From assembly GCA_938050265.1 (NCBI GenBank), contig CALLJT010000056.1, positions 1 through 37,995 of the forward strand: DNA of 37,995 nucleotides, written 5' to 3'. This document shows, piece by piece, positions 23,900 to 32,676 of this stretch (its first letter is position 1; the number at the start of each line of letters is the position of its first letter). The stretch is from Candidatus Saccharimonadia bacterium. GTDB taxonomy: Bacteria; Patescibacteriota; Saccharimonadia; Saccharimonadales; SZUA-47. The notes below the pieces were generated by a model that did not search any database, was not told the DNA's origin, and saw nothing but the letters and a program-made list of their open reading frames with translations. The position numbers were made by a program, and so were the translations under genes.

Positions 23900-24478
23900 A
23901 TGAGTAACACCATCAAAGCCCCACTGAGTATCCGGCTCAAAGCGAGCGCCAGAGGTTTCTTGGCCGTGTTCACAGATCTGCGATACGTCGCTATCGCTGC
24001 ACTGGGGATTTTGTTTTTCGGATCACTGGTGATTTGGTCATTGAACCTCGAGTTTGCGCGCTATGTGCTACTGGAGCTCCCAGTGTCGTTGGGTGTACGG
24101 CTTCAGACGATTTTTTGGGACCCACTGTGGAGTATATTTACGACGTATAACAACACGCAGGCTCTAGGTATTATGCTGTTTTCTGTGCTTTCAGGGCTGA
24201 ATAGTGCAATGTTAATCTACGTGCTCAAGCGTCAGAGTTTCAGAAACATACCGAAAAAAAGCGGCTTTGGCGGCACCGTGTTTGCCGTACTCGCCGGAGG
24301 CTGCGTAGCCTGTGGCACATCTATCCTCGCACCACTGGCAGCTACATTTGGCGCCACATCGGGCGCGTTCTTGCGCGACCTCTCGACCATGCTGAACTGG
24401 GCAGCAAGCCTACTCATAATCTACTCAATCTACAAACTCGGCCTCCTGGTCGCCACAATGCAGGCGAAGAATCGTTAG
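23900..24478 (+). CDS. Uncharacterised 4-TM membrane protein with an intramembrane CxxC (GGCVACG)
   Basis: 192 aa with four hydrophobic spans. It has only two cysteines, which form CVAC inside span 3. GGAG Shine-Dalgarno upstream. Starts 28 nt after the DsbA-like gene. Confidence 0.6.
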   Translation: MSNTIKAPLSIRLKASARGFLAVFTDLRYVAIAALGILFFGSLVIWSLNLEFARYVLLELPVSLGVRLQTIFWDPLWSIFTTYNNTQALGIMLFSVLSGLNSAMLIYVLKRQSFRNIPKKSGFGGTVFAVLAGGCVACGTSILAPLAATFGATSGAFLRDLSTMLNWAASLLIIYSIYKLGLLVATMQAKNR

Positions 24479-24531
24479 TAAATCTCAGTCGTCATCTCAT
24501 GGATCGACTTTAGACTGGGAGTTTCGATGTT

Positions 24532-25047
24532 CTAAAAAATATCTACGCTTGTTGCACGCAGGCGTACTGTTGCTGTATCCCGACTATCGGAGTATATGCT
24601 CTCTGCAGTTGCGCCTCGAATAGACATTGCAGTACCGTTGTCATTTACTTGCACAGAGCACATTGATGCCCCGGTGTAGCACGTGATCTCATTAAGGGTG
24701 TACTGATTAAGGTTGTTGACCTGTAGGAATTTTGTTATTTCTTGCTTAACTTGATCAAGGTTCAAGTCCTCACCCTGTAGGGTGTATGTTGCTCCAACAC
24801 TATAACAAGGATCTTCTCCGTCGCTCGTGAAGTAGCATGATCCAAATAGGCTAGATTTAAATGTGCCTGGTGTGCGTATTTCTGAGATTACCTCCCAATT
24901 GAGAGCGGTGGTATCGATGGAGTCGACGTAATCGGCACTCGAGCTATAGTTTGTGTTTGTTGCATGCCAAGGGAGTGTAGCCGCAGCAACGATAGCAATA
25001 GCCAGTAGTCCAGCTAATGAGCTAATGATCTTGTGTTTGCGTGTCAT
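24532..25047 (-). CDS. Hypothetical secreted/anchored protein with four cysteines
   Basis: 171 aa with an N-terminal signal/anchor (IISSLAGLLAIAIVAAA). Cys pairs in GSCYFTSDGEDPCYS and ITCYTGASMCS. No recognisable family. Confidence 0.5.
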   Translation of the reverse strand: MTRKHKIISSLAGLLAIAIVAAATLPWHATNTNYSSSADYVDSIDTTALNWEVISEIRTPGTFKSSLFGSCYFTSDGEDPCYSVGATYTLQGEDLNLDQVKQEITKFLQVNNLNQYTLNEITCYTGASMCSVQVNDNGTAMSIRGATAESIYSDSRDTATVRLRATSVDIF

Positions 25048-25301
25048 GAATCATCCAGCCTTAGTTAAGTTAGTGTATGTACTTAGTATGATATCACAAT
25101 GCAAGATCGCCTACCCGAAAGCGACCTTTAGTGCCTTTTTCTCGTCCTGATATAGTTATCCGCTCGGGCCGGGCTACAACTTTTCATGAAACTAAATACG
25201 TAGAAACAGATGAGTGCAGAAGTATAGTAACGAACTATCCGGAGGTTTCATGGAAAGTTCGTAGGCTGGACAAGAGTGCATTTGACAAGCTTGTCTATCC
25301 T

Positions 25302-26957
25302 TTACCGGTCGATTTTGGAGCGGGCTTTTTCGCGGTCCATGCGGGCGAGAGATTCGATAGTGTATTCATGGCGTAGGTGTCGTTTGACGTAGTTGAAATC
25401 GACGCCGATTTTCTTGTGTGGGTTGAGCATGTTTTCTGGGTCCCAGATGTGCTTGACTTCGTCAAATAGTTTTTCCATAGCGGGTCCGAACATTAGTGGC
25501 TGGTAGACGGCGCGCATCAAACTGTCGTTGTGCTCCCCTGCTGCCGTGCCGCCTAAGTCGTGCACCATATTGTAGAAATCGTCGGTCACCTGGAACAGTT
25601 TTTTGCGGTCAGATGCTTTAGACAGGTCCATAAACGGCTGCATGTGCAGGTCTGCGTCGCCTGCGTGACCCCAGATGGCTATTTCTAGGTCGTATTTGTC
25701 GAATATTTCATATGCGCGTTTTATGAATTCAGGTAGTTTGTGCGGCGGAACCGTACCGTCTTCGATGATCGGGAGTGCTTTTTTGTTGCCAGGTATTGTC
25801 CACATAACTGCCGCTGCTGAACGGCGCAGTTTCCAGGCCTCTGCTTCTTCGGCCGGTGTGCGTTTGACCTCTGATTCATAGGCGTATGTATCTACGATGG
25901 ATCGAGCCTTCTTGATTTTGTTTTCGCGGATGCTGTCGGTCTGATCGTCGAACTCACAAAGCAGGACAATCGCTGGTATTCTATCGCCAGGAATGAGGCC
26001 TTTGAGTAGTTCTGGTTTTTCTCTGTTGACGAGGTTGATCAAGTTGCTGTCAACTATTTCAAGCGCAGACGGCTCAAGTCTGTGGAGGTCCTGCGCTGCC
26101 AGCCCTGCCTGCTCTATAGAGTCATAGAAGCTAACCAGTAGATCGACTTTGTTTGGGTCGGGTGTCGGTATCGTTCGTAGCCGGATCGCCGTCACGAAGC
26201 AGAGTGTGCCTTGTGACCCAATAACAACTTGGCTAAGGTTGAACTGATTGTGATTGGCGATATGCCAGAGCGCATAGCCGGACGACTCTTTAGTGACGTG
26301 TGGGTGGTCGGTATGGATTGTTTTGTGATGGTCGGTGATAATTTTTTCCATGTCCCGGTAGATTTTGCCCTCAAGGCCGGGGAGGTTCATTTTTTCTTTG
26401 AGTTCGTGGTTGTCGAGCGCATGTAGCCAGGTCACTGTTCCGTCAGCAAGCACGACTTGGATCGCTTCTACGTACTTGCGCGTGGCACCGTACTTAACCG
26501 TTTTTTCGCCTGCTGAGTTGTTGGCGACTGCGCCACCGATAGTACAGACTTCAACAGATGCGGGGTACGACGGGATATACTGGCCTGTTTTTTTGAGCTC
26601 TTTCTGGAGGCGGCCGTAGAGACAACCTGGCTGTACCACGGCATAGCCATCACCTATTTCGAGTATCTGGTCCATGTACCGCATGAAATCGACGATAATA
26701 CCGGTATTGAGTGGTCCTCCGCCTTGGTCTGTGCCGTTCCCTCGGGCAGTGAGAGATATGCGGTCGTTGCCGTTTTGATGAGCGATGTCCACTGTTTTTA
26801 CTACTGTAGATACATCGTTTGCGTCTTTTGGAAATACGATTGCAGAGGGAGTGATTTCGAACACGCCACCATCAGTAGAGTAATAGTCTAGATCAGTGTC
26901 TTCGACACTTAAGTCCCCTGCAATTGTTTGCTGTAGCTGCTTAAACACATGCTTCAT
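25302..26957 (-). CDS. FAD-binding oxidase (FAD_binding_4 / GlcD, D-lactate dehydrogenase-like)
   Basis: About 550 aa with an N-terminal FAD-binding PCMH-type domain (ARGNGTDQGGG, GGAVANNSAGE) and a C-terminal oxidase domain (GGTAAGEHNDS). I prefer the start at ATG 26957 (MKHVF...), which has GGTGGG upstream. The ORF-track GTG 26969 is the alternative. Confidence 0.8.
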   Translation of the reverse strand: MKHVFKQLQQTIAGDLSVEDTDLDYYSTDGGVFEITPSAIVFPKDANDVSTVVKTVDIAHQNGNDRISLTARGNGTDQGGGPLNTGIIVDFMRYMDQILEIGDGYAVVQPGCLYGRLQKELKKTGQYIPSYPASVEVCTIGGAVANNSAGEKTVKYGATRKYVEAIQVVLADGTVTWLHALDNHELKEKMNLPGLEGKIYRDMEKIITDHHKTIHTDHPHVTKESSGYALWHIANHNQFNLSQVVIGSQGTLCFVTAIRLRTIPTPDPNKVDLLVSFYDSIEQAGLAAQDLHRLEPSALEIVDSNLINLVNREKPELLKGLIPGDRIPAIVLLCEFDDQTDSIRENKIKKARSIVDTYAYESEVKRTPAEEAEAWKLRRSAAAVMWTIPGNKKALPIIEDGTVPPHKLPEFIKRAYEIFDKYDLEIAIWGHAGDADLHMQPFMDLSKASDRKKLFQVTDDFYNMVHDLGGTAAGEHNDSLMRAVYQPLMFGPAMEKLFDEVKHIWDPENMLNPHKKIGVDFNYVKRHLRHEYTIESLARMDREKARSKIDR

Positions 26958-27018
26958 GCGTAGTCCCACCCTTGTTTAGTTGCATAGTTACCTCTAGTAT
27001 AATGTATACTTCAAGCCA

Positions 27019-28029
27019 ATGCGAATAATAGAACCCAAAACATACAGACACACGCGAGCATCATCTGCGAGAAAGCCTCAGTTTTTCCGCTCGAAGCCTG
27101 CGATTGTCATTGCAGCACTGTTGCTTGTTGGCGTTGGGCTCGCTGCACGCCAGTGGATATTCCAGGACGATACGCAGCCTGTCGTAGCATCTGCACAGGA
27201 TCAAGCCCAAGAGCCAAGCGACACAGTCTCTACCACAGGAGCCTCTGAGCCGCAGCCGGAGGATGCAGCTGTGCCCCCGGACGAGCCGGAGCCGCAGATC
27301 GAGCAAGAGCCCGAGTCTGAACCTGAGCCGTCAGAGCAGTTAGTCGAGCAACCTAGCACCCCTGTTCAGCAGCCTGAGGTTGACCTGCTGACGTTTGCCG
27401 ACAACGATTTTAAGCTGTTTTACGACAACCTCAAGCAGCCTGGGCTCGATACAGTAGAGAACCCGCCGTTTATATACGACAACGTTGCGGCTGACGAGCG
27501 TATCCAGCAGATCGCAGAAGACCGCGGTTATAAACTGCGCAGTGAGCCGTCGGTGCAGCTCGCGACTGTCGATGGCTATCCAGTGCAGCCCGCTATAGTC
27601 GATCCGTGGCTCGCGCTCAAGCAAGCTGCAGCCGCTGACGGCCACACGATCAGTATCGTGTCGGCTTATAGGAGCATTAGTCACCAGAGGACGCTATTCA
27701 CAAGCCGACTGCAGTCTGCGGGCGCTACAGTCGAACAGGTGGCCGCAGGCACTGTCGATAACAAAATCGACTCGGTATTAGTGACATCGTCTATACCTGG
27801 CTATTCTAAGCACCACACCGGGTACACCATAGACATTTTGTGTGCTGGCTGGGCGTTCGAAAATTTCAAAAACTCACCCTGCAACGAATGGATATCCGCC
27901 AACAACTTCGAAATGGCTAAGCTACACGGGTTCATACCGAGCTATCCACCTGGCGCTACGAAACAAGGCCCAGACCCAGAAGCTTGGGAATACGTATGGG
28001 TCGGCGTCGACCTCCTGACCAAAAGATAA
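27019..28029 (+). CDS. Membrane-anchored D-alanyl-D-alanine carboxypeptidase (VanY / peptidase M15B-like)
   Basis: N-terminal anchor, an acidic Pro/Glu-rich linker, then M15B motifs SAYRSISHQ, PGYSKHHTGYTIDI and EAWEYVWVG. Confidence 0.78.
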   Translation: MRIIEPKTYRHTRASSARKPQFFRSKPAIVIAALLLVGVGLAARQWIFQDDTQPVVASAQDQAQEPSDTVSTTGASEPQPEDAAVPPDEPEPQIEQEPESEPEPSEQLVEQPSTPVQQPEVDLLTFADNDFKLFYDNLKQPGLDTVENPPFIYDNVAADERIQQIAEDRGYKLRSEPSVQLATVDGYPVQPAIVDPWLALKQAAAADGHTISIVSAYRSISHQRTLFTSRLQSAGATVEQVAAGTVDNKIDSVLVTSSIPGYSKHHTGYTIDILCAGWAFENFKNSPCNEWISANNFEMAKLHGFIPSYPPGATKQGPDPEAWEYVWVGVDLLTKR

Positions 28030-28139
28030 ACTAATTTTACCGACCAAACAACAGGCGTACTGAGCGGTAGATTCACACGGGCCAAGCCCGCGCGTGTAGT
28101 CAGTGCATGTTCGTGGTATAATAACTTAACGACATAAGT

Positions 28140-29126
28140 ATGGCTACAAAAACACAAACACCACAACCAGAATCTATTAACGACGTCCTCGACCGTATGC
28201 AGGCGTTTATAAAGCCGCTTAATCTTAACGGTCTGCATGGTCGAGTGCTTCGTATTCCTGCTGCTTCAAAAACCACTCGCAGAGAAATACTGATGGTATA
28301 TGGGCATCATTCGTCTCTAGAGCGCATGTTCGGTGTTGCAGAAGCGTTCGCCGACTACGGCAACGTCACCATGCCAGATATGCCTGGGTTTGGCGGTATG
28401 GACAGCTTCTACGGTATCGGTATGAAGCCTACCATCGACGACCTCGCTGATTATCTTGCGACGTTCGTCAAGCTACGCTATAGGACCAAAAAAATAACAA
28501 TCATTGGCATGTCGCTGGGGCTTGTTGTGGCGACACGGATGCTGCAGCGATACCCTGCTCTGCAGAAGCGTGTTGAGCTGATCGTCAGCCTGGTTGGGTT
28601 TTCTCATAAAGATGACTTTTCATTTTCTCGTCCACGTCAGGCGCTATACACGTCCCTGACGTATATCGTTTCACATAAGTTGATTGCTAGGGTTTTTTAT
28701 CACACCGCACTACAGCCGTGGGTGATACGCACGGCATATGCCCGCACCCACAACGCAAAACATAAGTTTACCGGTATGGATGAGACCGAAAAACGACAAA
28801 TGCTCGATTTTGAAGTCAGATTGTGGCGTGAAAACGACGCACAGACACACGCGTACACGAACTATCAGTTGTTTAAGTTCGACAACACGAAAAGCCAGAT
28901 TGATCTACCACTGCACCATGTGACGGCTGAAGTTGACCAGTATTTCGATAAGCACGCGGTGGAACAGCATTTTCGTATCATATTCTCAGACTATATAGAG
29001 TACGTCGTCGATGCGAAGGTTCATGCGCCGAGTGTGGTGGCGAATAAGTCCGAGGCAGAGATGTACATACCTGATACACTGAAGAAGACGCTCAAGAAAC
29101 GTCCCAGACAGTCACGGAAAGCATAA
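28140..29126 (+). CDS. Alpha/beta-fold hydrolase
   Basis: 328 aa with a nucleophile elbow GMSLG (IIGMSLGLVVA) and an upstream HG-type oxyanion region (MVYGHHSS). Substrate unknown. Confidence 0.65.
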   Translation: MATKTQTPQPESINDVLDRMQAFIKPLNLNGLHGRVLRIPAASKTTRREILMVYGHHSSLERMFGVAEAFADYGNVTMPDMPGFGGMDSFYGIGMKPTIDDLADYLATFVKLRYRTKKITIIGMSLGLVVATRMLQRYPALQKRVELIVSLVGFSHKDDFSFSRPRQALYTSLTYIVSHKLIARVFYHTALQPWVIRTAYARTHNAKHKFTGMDETEKRQMLDFEVRLWRENDAQTHAYTNYQLFKFDNTKSQIDLPLHHVTAEVDQYFDKHAVEQHFRIIFSDYIEYVVDAKVHAPSVVANKSEAEMYIPDTLKKTLKKRPRQSRKA

Positions 29127-29149
29127 ACAAGAGCACAGACAGGCATACC

Positions 29150-30289
29150 ATGAAGATGAAGATCGCCGTATTTACCCCCTATAACATATTCAAGCCAGGT
29201 GGTGTCCAGGAACATGTCAACCTCCAGGTGGAGGCGCTGAGAAGTAAGGGACACACGGTCACTGTTATCACACCACGGCCGCGTAAGACATATGCGCATG
29301 AAGCACCTGAAGGCGTTATATTTCTCGGTGCATCTGCTCGGCTGAAAACCACATCCGCTACCAGTGCAGACGTGTCAGTGACACCGTATGGTCAGCGTAT
29401 CGACGAGATTTTGTCCGAGGGTTACGACGTACTGCACGTGCATGAGCCACTTGTACCCGTTGCTGCGAGGCAGCTACTCATGCGAGCGGAAGGCAAGGCG
29501 ATGCGTGTAGGTACGTTTCATGCTGCGTTGCCGGGCAACACGCTCGGTAAGTCACTTATTAGTACGTTCAAGGCGTATGTGCCAGCTATCATGCCCCACT
29601 TGGATATCGTAACCGCTGTGTCCCCTGCCGCAACTGGGTTCATAGAAGACTATAGCGAGTATTCTAACGTCGAAATCAGCTACATACCTAACTGTATAGA
29701 CGTGTCGAAGTTTGCCGCGCCACCACAAGAGCGTGACCAAAACATGGTGTTTTTCATGGGTCGCCTCGAAAAGCGTAAAGGTGCCTTGCAGGCAGTCAAA
29801 GCGTTTGCAGTACTGAAAGAACGCAAGCCTGAAGCGCGTTTAGTGATTGCCAGCGATGGACCACTGCGCGCATCACTCGAACAGTACGTGCAGACAAACG
29901 AAATCGACGACGTGGAGTTTCTCGGCGTCATATCTGACGAACAAAAGATCCAGCTGTTGAGCACGTGTGGCATATATACCTCACCAGCCCTGTACGGCGA
30001 GAGTTTCGGTATCGTGCTAGCTGAAGCTATGGCTATGGGCGCGCCGATAGTCGCACATCCAAACGAAGGTTATAAATGGACCCTGAGAGAGACCGGGCGC
30101 TTGTCACTTGTCAATTGCAAAGACCCCGAAGAGTACGCCGAGCGAATGCAGCTCATGCTCGAAGACACGGCCGTACGCGCTACGTGGCAGAAGTGGGCCA
30201 AAAAATACGTCAAGCAGTTCGACATCAAGTTCGTCGCTAAGCAGTACGAAGAGCTCTACAAACGCAGCCTAAAGTCTATACAGAAGTAA
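29150..30289 (+). CDS. Family-4 glycosyltransferase (GT-B, glycosyl transferase group 1)
   Basis: N-terminal KIAVFTPYN...GGVQEHV and C-terminal FMGRLEKRKG...ESFGIVLAEAMAMGAPIVA (EX7E region). Confidence 0.85.
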   Translation: MKMKIAVFTPYNIFKPGGVQEHVNLQVEALRSKGHTVTVITPRPRKTYAHEAPEGVIFLGASARLKTTSATSADVSVTPYGQRIDEILSEGYDVLHVHEPLVPVAARQLLMRAEGKAMRVGTFHAALPGNTLGKSLISTFKAYVPAIMPHLDIVTAVSPAATGFIEDYSEYSNVEISYIPNCIDVSKFAAPPQERDQNMVFFMGRLEKRKGALQAVKAFAVLKERKPEARLVIASDGPLRASLEQYVQTNEIDDVEFLGVISDEQKIQLLSTCGIYTSPALYGESFGIVLAEAMAMGAPIVAHPNEGYKWTLRETGRLSLVNCKDPEEYAERMQLMLEDTAVRATWQKWAKKYVKQFDIKFVAKQYEELYKRSLKSIQK

Positions 30290-30323
30290 AAGAACCTGTT
30301 CTAGGCTCTAAGAATCCAGGTTT

Positions 30324-31271
30324 CTAATCAAGGAATGCCCACGCGTAGGCGCGCTGCACCTCACGGTTCGTGGATTCGCTTTCGCTGTGGCTGCCCGGCG
30401 TCATGTGTAAATGCACGGCCGGTCCCATGGCTTGCGCTAGGTCGTAAGCCCCTTGTGCACGGCACACGAGATCGTGTCGTCCGTGTGTGATTACTGTCGG
30501 TATGTCAGATAGTTTTGCCGCGTTTTCAATAAGGTAGTTTTCAGGAATATAGCAGTTGTTCGAAAACCAGTTGATGGATCTGACCGCATACTCAAGAGTG
30601 CCTAGATCAAGTGTGTTCCTGTCGATCGATGACCGCAGCGCTGCATAGTCCGAGTCGACTTTCATGCCTGCTGGTTCGAGCTGGTTGAACCGACGTAGGT
30701 GGTCGAGCTTCTGTGCTTCTGATCCGTTTTGGAATATCTCGGCGTAGTATGCGAGTGGATTGTTCCGCTTGTCTGCCGGGACTGTTTCTATATAGTAGTC
30801 CCACGCTTCTGGGTGCGCATGTGTAACAGCGCCGTTCGTAAAAATGGCGTCGTTGTCTGATTGCCGAGCGAGATATATCGCACCAATGAGCATCCGTGAC
30901 ACTCGCTCTGGGTGCTGCAAGGCATAATACAGCGCCAGTGTTGAGCCCCATGAAAACCCGAACAGTTGGATGCTGTCATATCCAAAGTGCCCGCGGAGCT
31001 TCTCTATATCGCCGACCCGTGTCTCTGCTGTGTCATGTGCGAATGGGTCCTGCGCTCTACTCTGCCCACAGCCGCGCTGGTCATGAAAAACAACCAGGTG
31101 CTTAGACGGATCGAACGCAAGTTTATGTTTGTCAGCAGACTGCGACACCGGGCCACCGTGTAGCGCGAAAATTGGCACGCCGTCCGGATCCCCCCATTGC
31201 TGATAGTAGATTTCGTGTCCATCTCCTACGTCTACGTATCCCGAGTCGAGTGTATTTTCGTCTTCTGTCAT
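30324..31271 (-). CDS. Prolyl aminopeptidase (proline iminopeptidase, S33 alpha/beta hydrolase)
   Basis: HGGP oxyanion motif, nucleophile elbow GFSWGSTLALYYALQHPERV, and C-terminal His region GSHSE. I place the start at ATG 31271 (MTEDENT...), with TAGGAT (31279..31284, minus) 7 nt upstream. The ORF-track start 31322 is a GTG. Confidence 0.82.
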   Translation of the reverse strand: MTEDENTLDSGYVDVGDGHEIYYQQWGDPDGVPIFALHGGPVSQSADKHKLAFDPSKHLVVFHDQRGCGQSRAQDPFAHDTAETRVGDIEKLRGHFGYDSIQLFGFSWGSTLALYYALQHPERVSRMLIGAIYLARQSDNDAIFTNGAVTHAHPEAWDYYIETVPADKRNNPLAYYAEIFQNGSEAQKLDHLRRFNQLEPAGMKVDSDYAALRSSIDRNTLDLGTLEYAVRSINWFSNNCYIPENYLIENAAKLSDIPTVITHGRHDLVCRAQGAYDLAQAMGPAVHLHMTPGSHSESESTNREVQRAYAWAFLD

Positions 31272-31382
31272 AGGTAGAATCCTAGCACAGCAGGGCTCGC
31301 CAGTAAAACTATAGCCCTGCACCCCACGCGAACAAGGTCATGGTTTATGGCATGGTAAAGCTGCGGTATACTACGCAGTATA

Positions 31383-32474
31383 ATGACTATCGGATACGTA
31401 ATGGATGACACGCTCGACCGAGCAGACGGTGTACAGCAGGCTATGCTGGCGATTGGTGAGCATATGCGTGGACTTGGGCACGACGTACATTACATCGTCA
31501 GCGACACTAAGCGTACAGACATTGAAAATATTCACTCGATCGGCCGGTCAGTGAGCCTGCAGTTTAACGGCAACTCTGTACGCACTCCCCGCCCTGTTTC
31601 GAAAAAAAAGCTCACACGGCTGTTTGTCGACACGCAGTTTGACGTGCTGCACGTGCAGATGCCGTTTAGTCCGTTTTTGGCTGGAGAAGTCTTGAAGCTC
31701 GTGCCTGTGAGCACAAAAATTGTCGGCACGTTCCACATCCTTCCGTATAACCTCGTCGCTAGTACTGGCACACGGCTTGTCGGTGTAGGTATGAAGCGCT
31801 ACATACGCAAAATCCAGACTGCCTATGCCGTGTCTCCGCCAGCGCTCGAGTTTATGCGCTCAGCGTTTGGACTGGACGGCGCAGTGCTACCGAACCCAGT
31901 CAACTATGATTTTTTTCATTCGTTCAAGCGGCGGCCAGCTGACAAAAAACGCATTGTGTTCGTCGGGCGGTTTGAACAGCGTAAAGGCGTCATGCAGCTG
32001 ATCAAAGCCTACGCGGCACTGGACGAGTCAGTACGTTCGCAATCAACCCTGACGATGATCGGTAAAGGACCACTTCTGGATGATGTCACAGCGTATGCAT
32101 CGGAACACAGCGTGTCTGTGGACCTACCAGGGTTCGTGACTGAAGCAGAAAAAGCCCAGCCCCTTGCCGATGCCGATATTGCAGTGTTTCCATCCACGAA
32201 CGGCGAGAGCTTCGGCATAGTTTTAGCAGAGGCAATGGCGGCTGGTGCTGGTATAACAATCGGTGGCGACAACCCTGGCTACTCGAGCGTGCTCGGTCCA
32301 TGGCCTCGGACACTGTTCGACCCTGACAACACCGCTGCATTCACCGCACTACTCCAGGACGTCATTGTCGGATCACGGGCCTACGACGCCATCGGAGTGC
32401 AGCAGCATAAAGCAGTAAAAGCCTACGACATCAAAAAAGTCGCAGCCCAACTCCTCGACTCCTACACCGCTTAA
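31383..32474 (+). CDS. Family-4 glycosyltransferase, paralogue of 29150..30289
   Basis: Same blocks as the other GT4 (GGVQQAM.., FVGRFEQRKG, ESFGIVLAEAMAAGAG). TATACT (31367..31372) lies 10 nt upstream of the ATG. Confidence 0.85.
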   Translation: MTIGYVMDDTLDRADGVQQAMLAIGEHMRGLGHDVHYIVSDTKRTDIENIHSIGRSVSLQFNGNSVRTPRPVSKKKLTRLFVDTQFDVLHVQMPFSPFLAGEVLKLVPVSTKIVGTFHILPYNLVASTGTRLVGVGMKRYIRKIQTAYAVSPPALEFMRSAFGLDGAVLPNPVNYDFFHSFKRRPADKKRIVFVGRFEQRKGVMQLIKAYAALDESVRSQSTLTMIGKGPLLDDVTAYASEHSVSVDLPGFVTEAEKAQPLADADIAVFPSTNGESFGIVLAEAMAAGAGITIGGDNPGYSSVLGPWPRTLFDPDNTAAFTALLQDVIVGSRAYDAIGVQQHKAVKAYDIKKVAAQLLDSYTA

Positions 32475-32676
32475 CCCCAAAAAAAACCACCTCAAAAACA
32501 CACCTCCAATTCCACGACATCAACACAAACTTGTAATTTCCTAAGAAGTTAAGGGCCAGGCCCTTGGGTATTTGTGGGGTTTTGCTTTTGTGTGGTGAGT
32601 CGTTGTGGGGCGCGTCAAATTTGTGGGGTTGGAGCGGTGGTGGCGGTGGGTGGTGAGATGCGATATACTGGTAGGT

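Noticed and set aside
25048-25301. 254-nt intergenic gap with ORFs 24953..25150 and 25131..25376 on the plus strand. I examined it for a small gene, riboswitch or ncRNA.
   Set aside because: The plus-strand ORFs overlap the ends of well-supported minus-strand genes and have no start signals. Minus-strand mini-ORFs are about 19 codons with no signals. Only weak hairpins are present (for example the GACAAGCTTGTC palindrome at 25286..25297). Nothing supportable can be called from sequence alone, although an Rfam scan would be a cheap check.
32572-32650. G-quadruplex potential in the GT-rich tract (several GGGG runs).
   Set aside because: The G-runs are separated by loops of about 14-27 nt, too long for a canonical intramolecular G4. 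I report it only as a compositional and repeat oddity.
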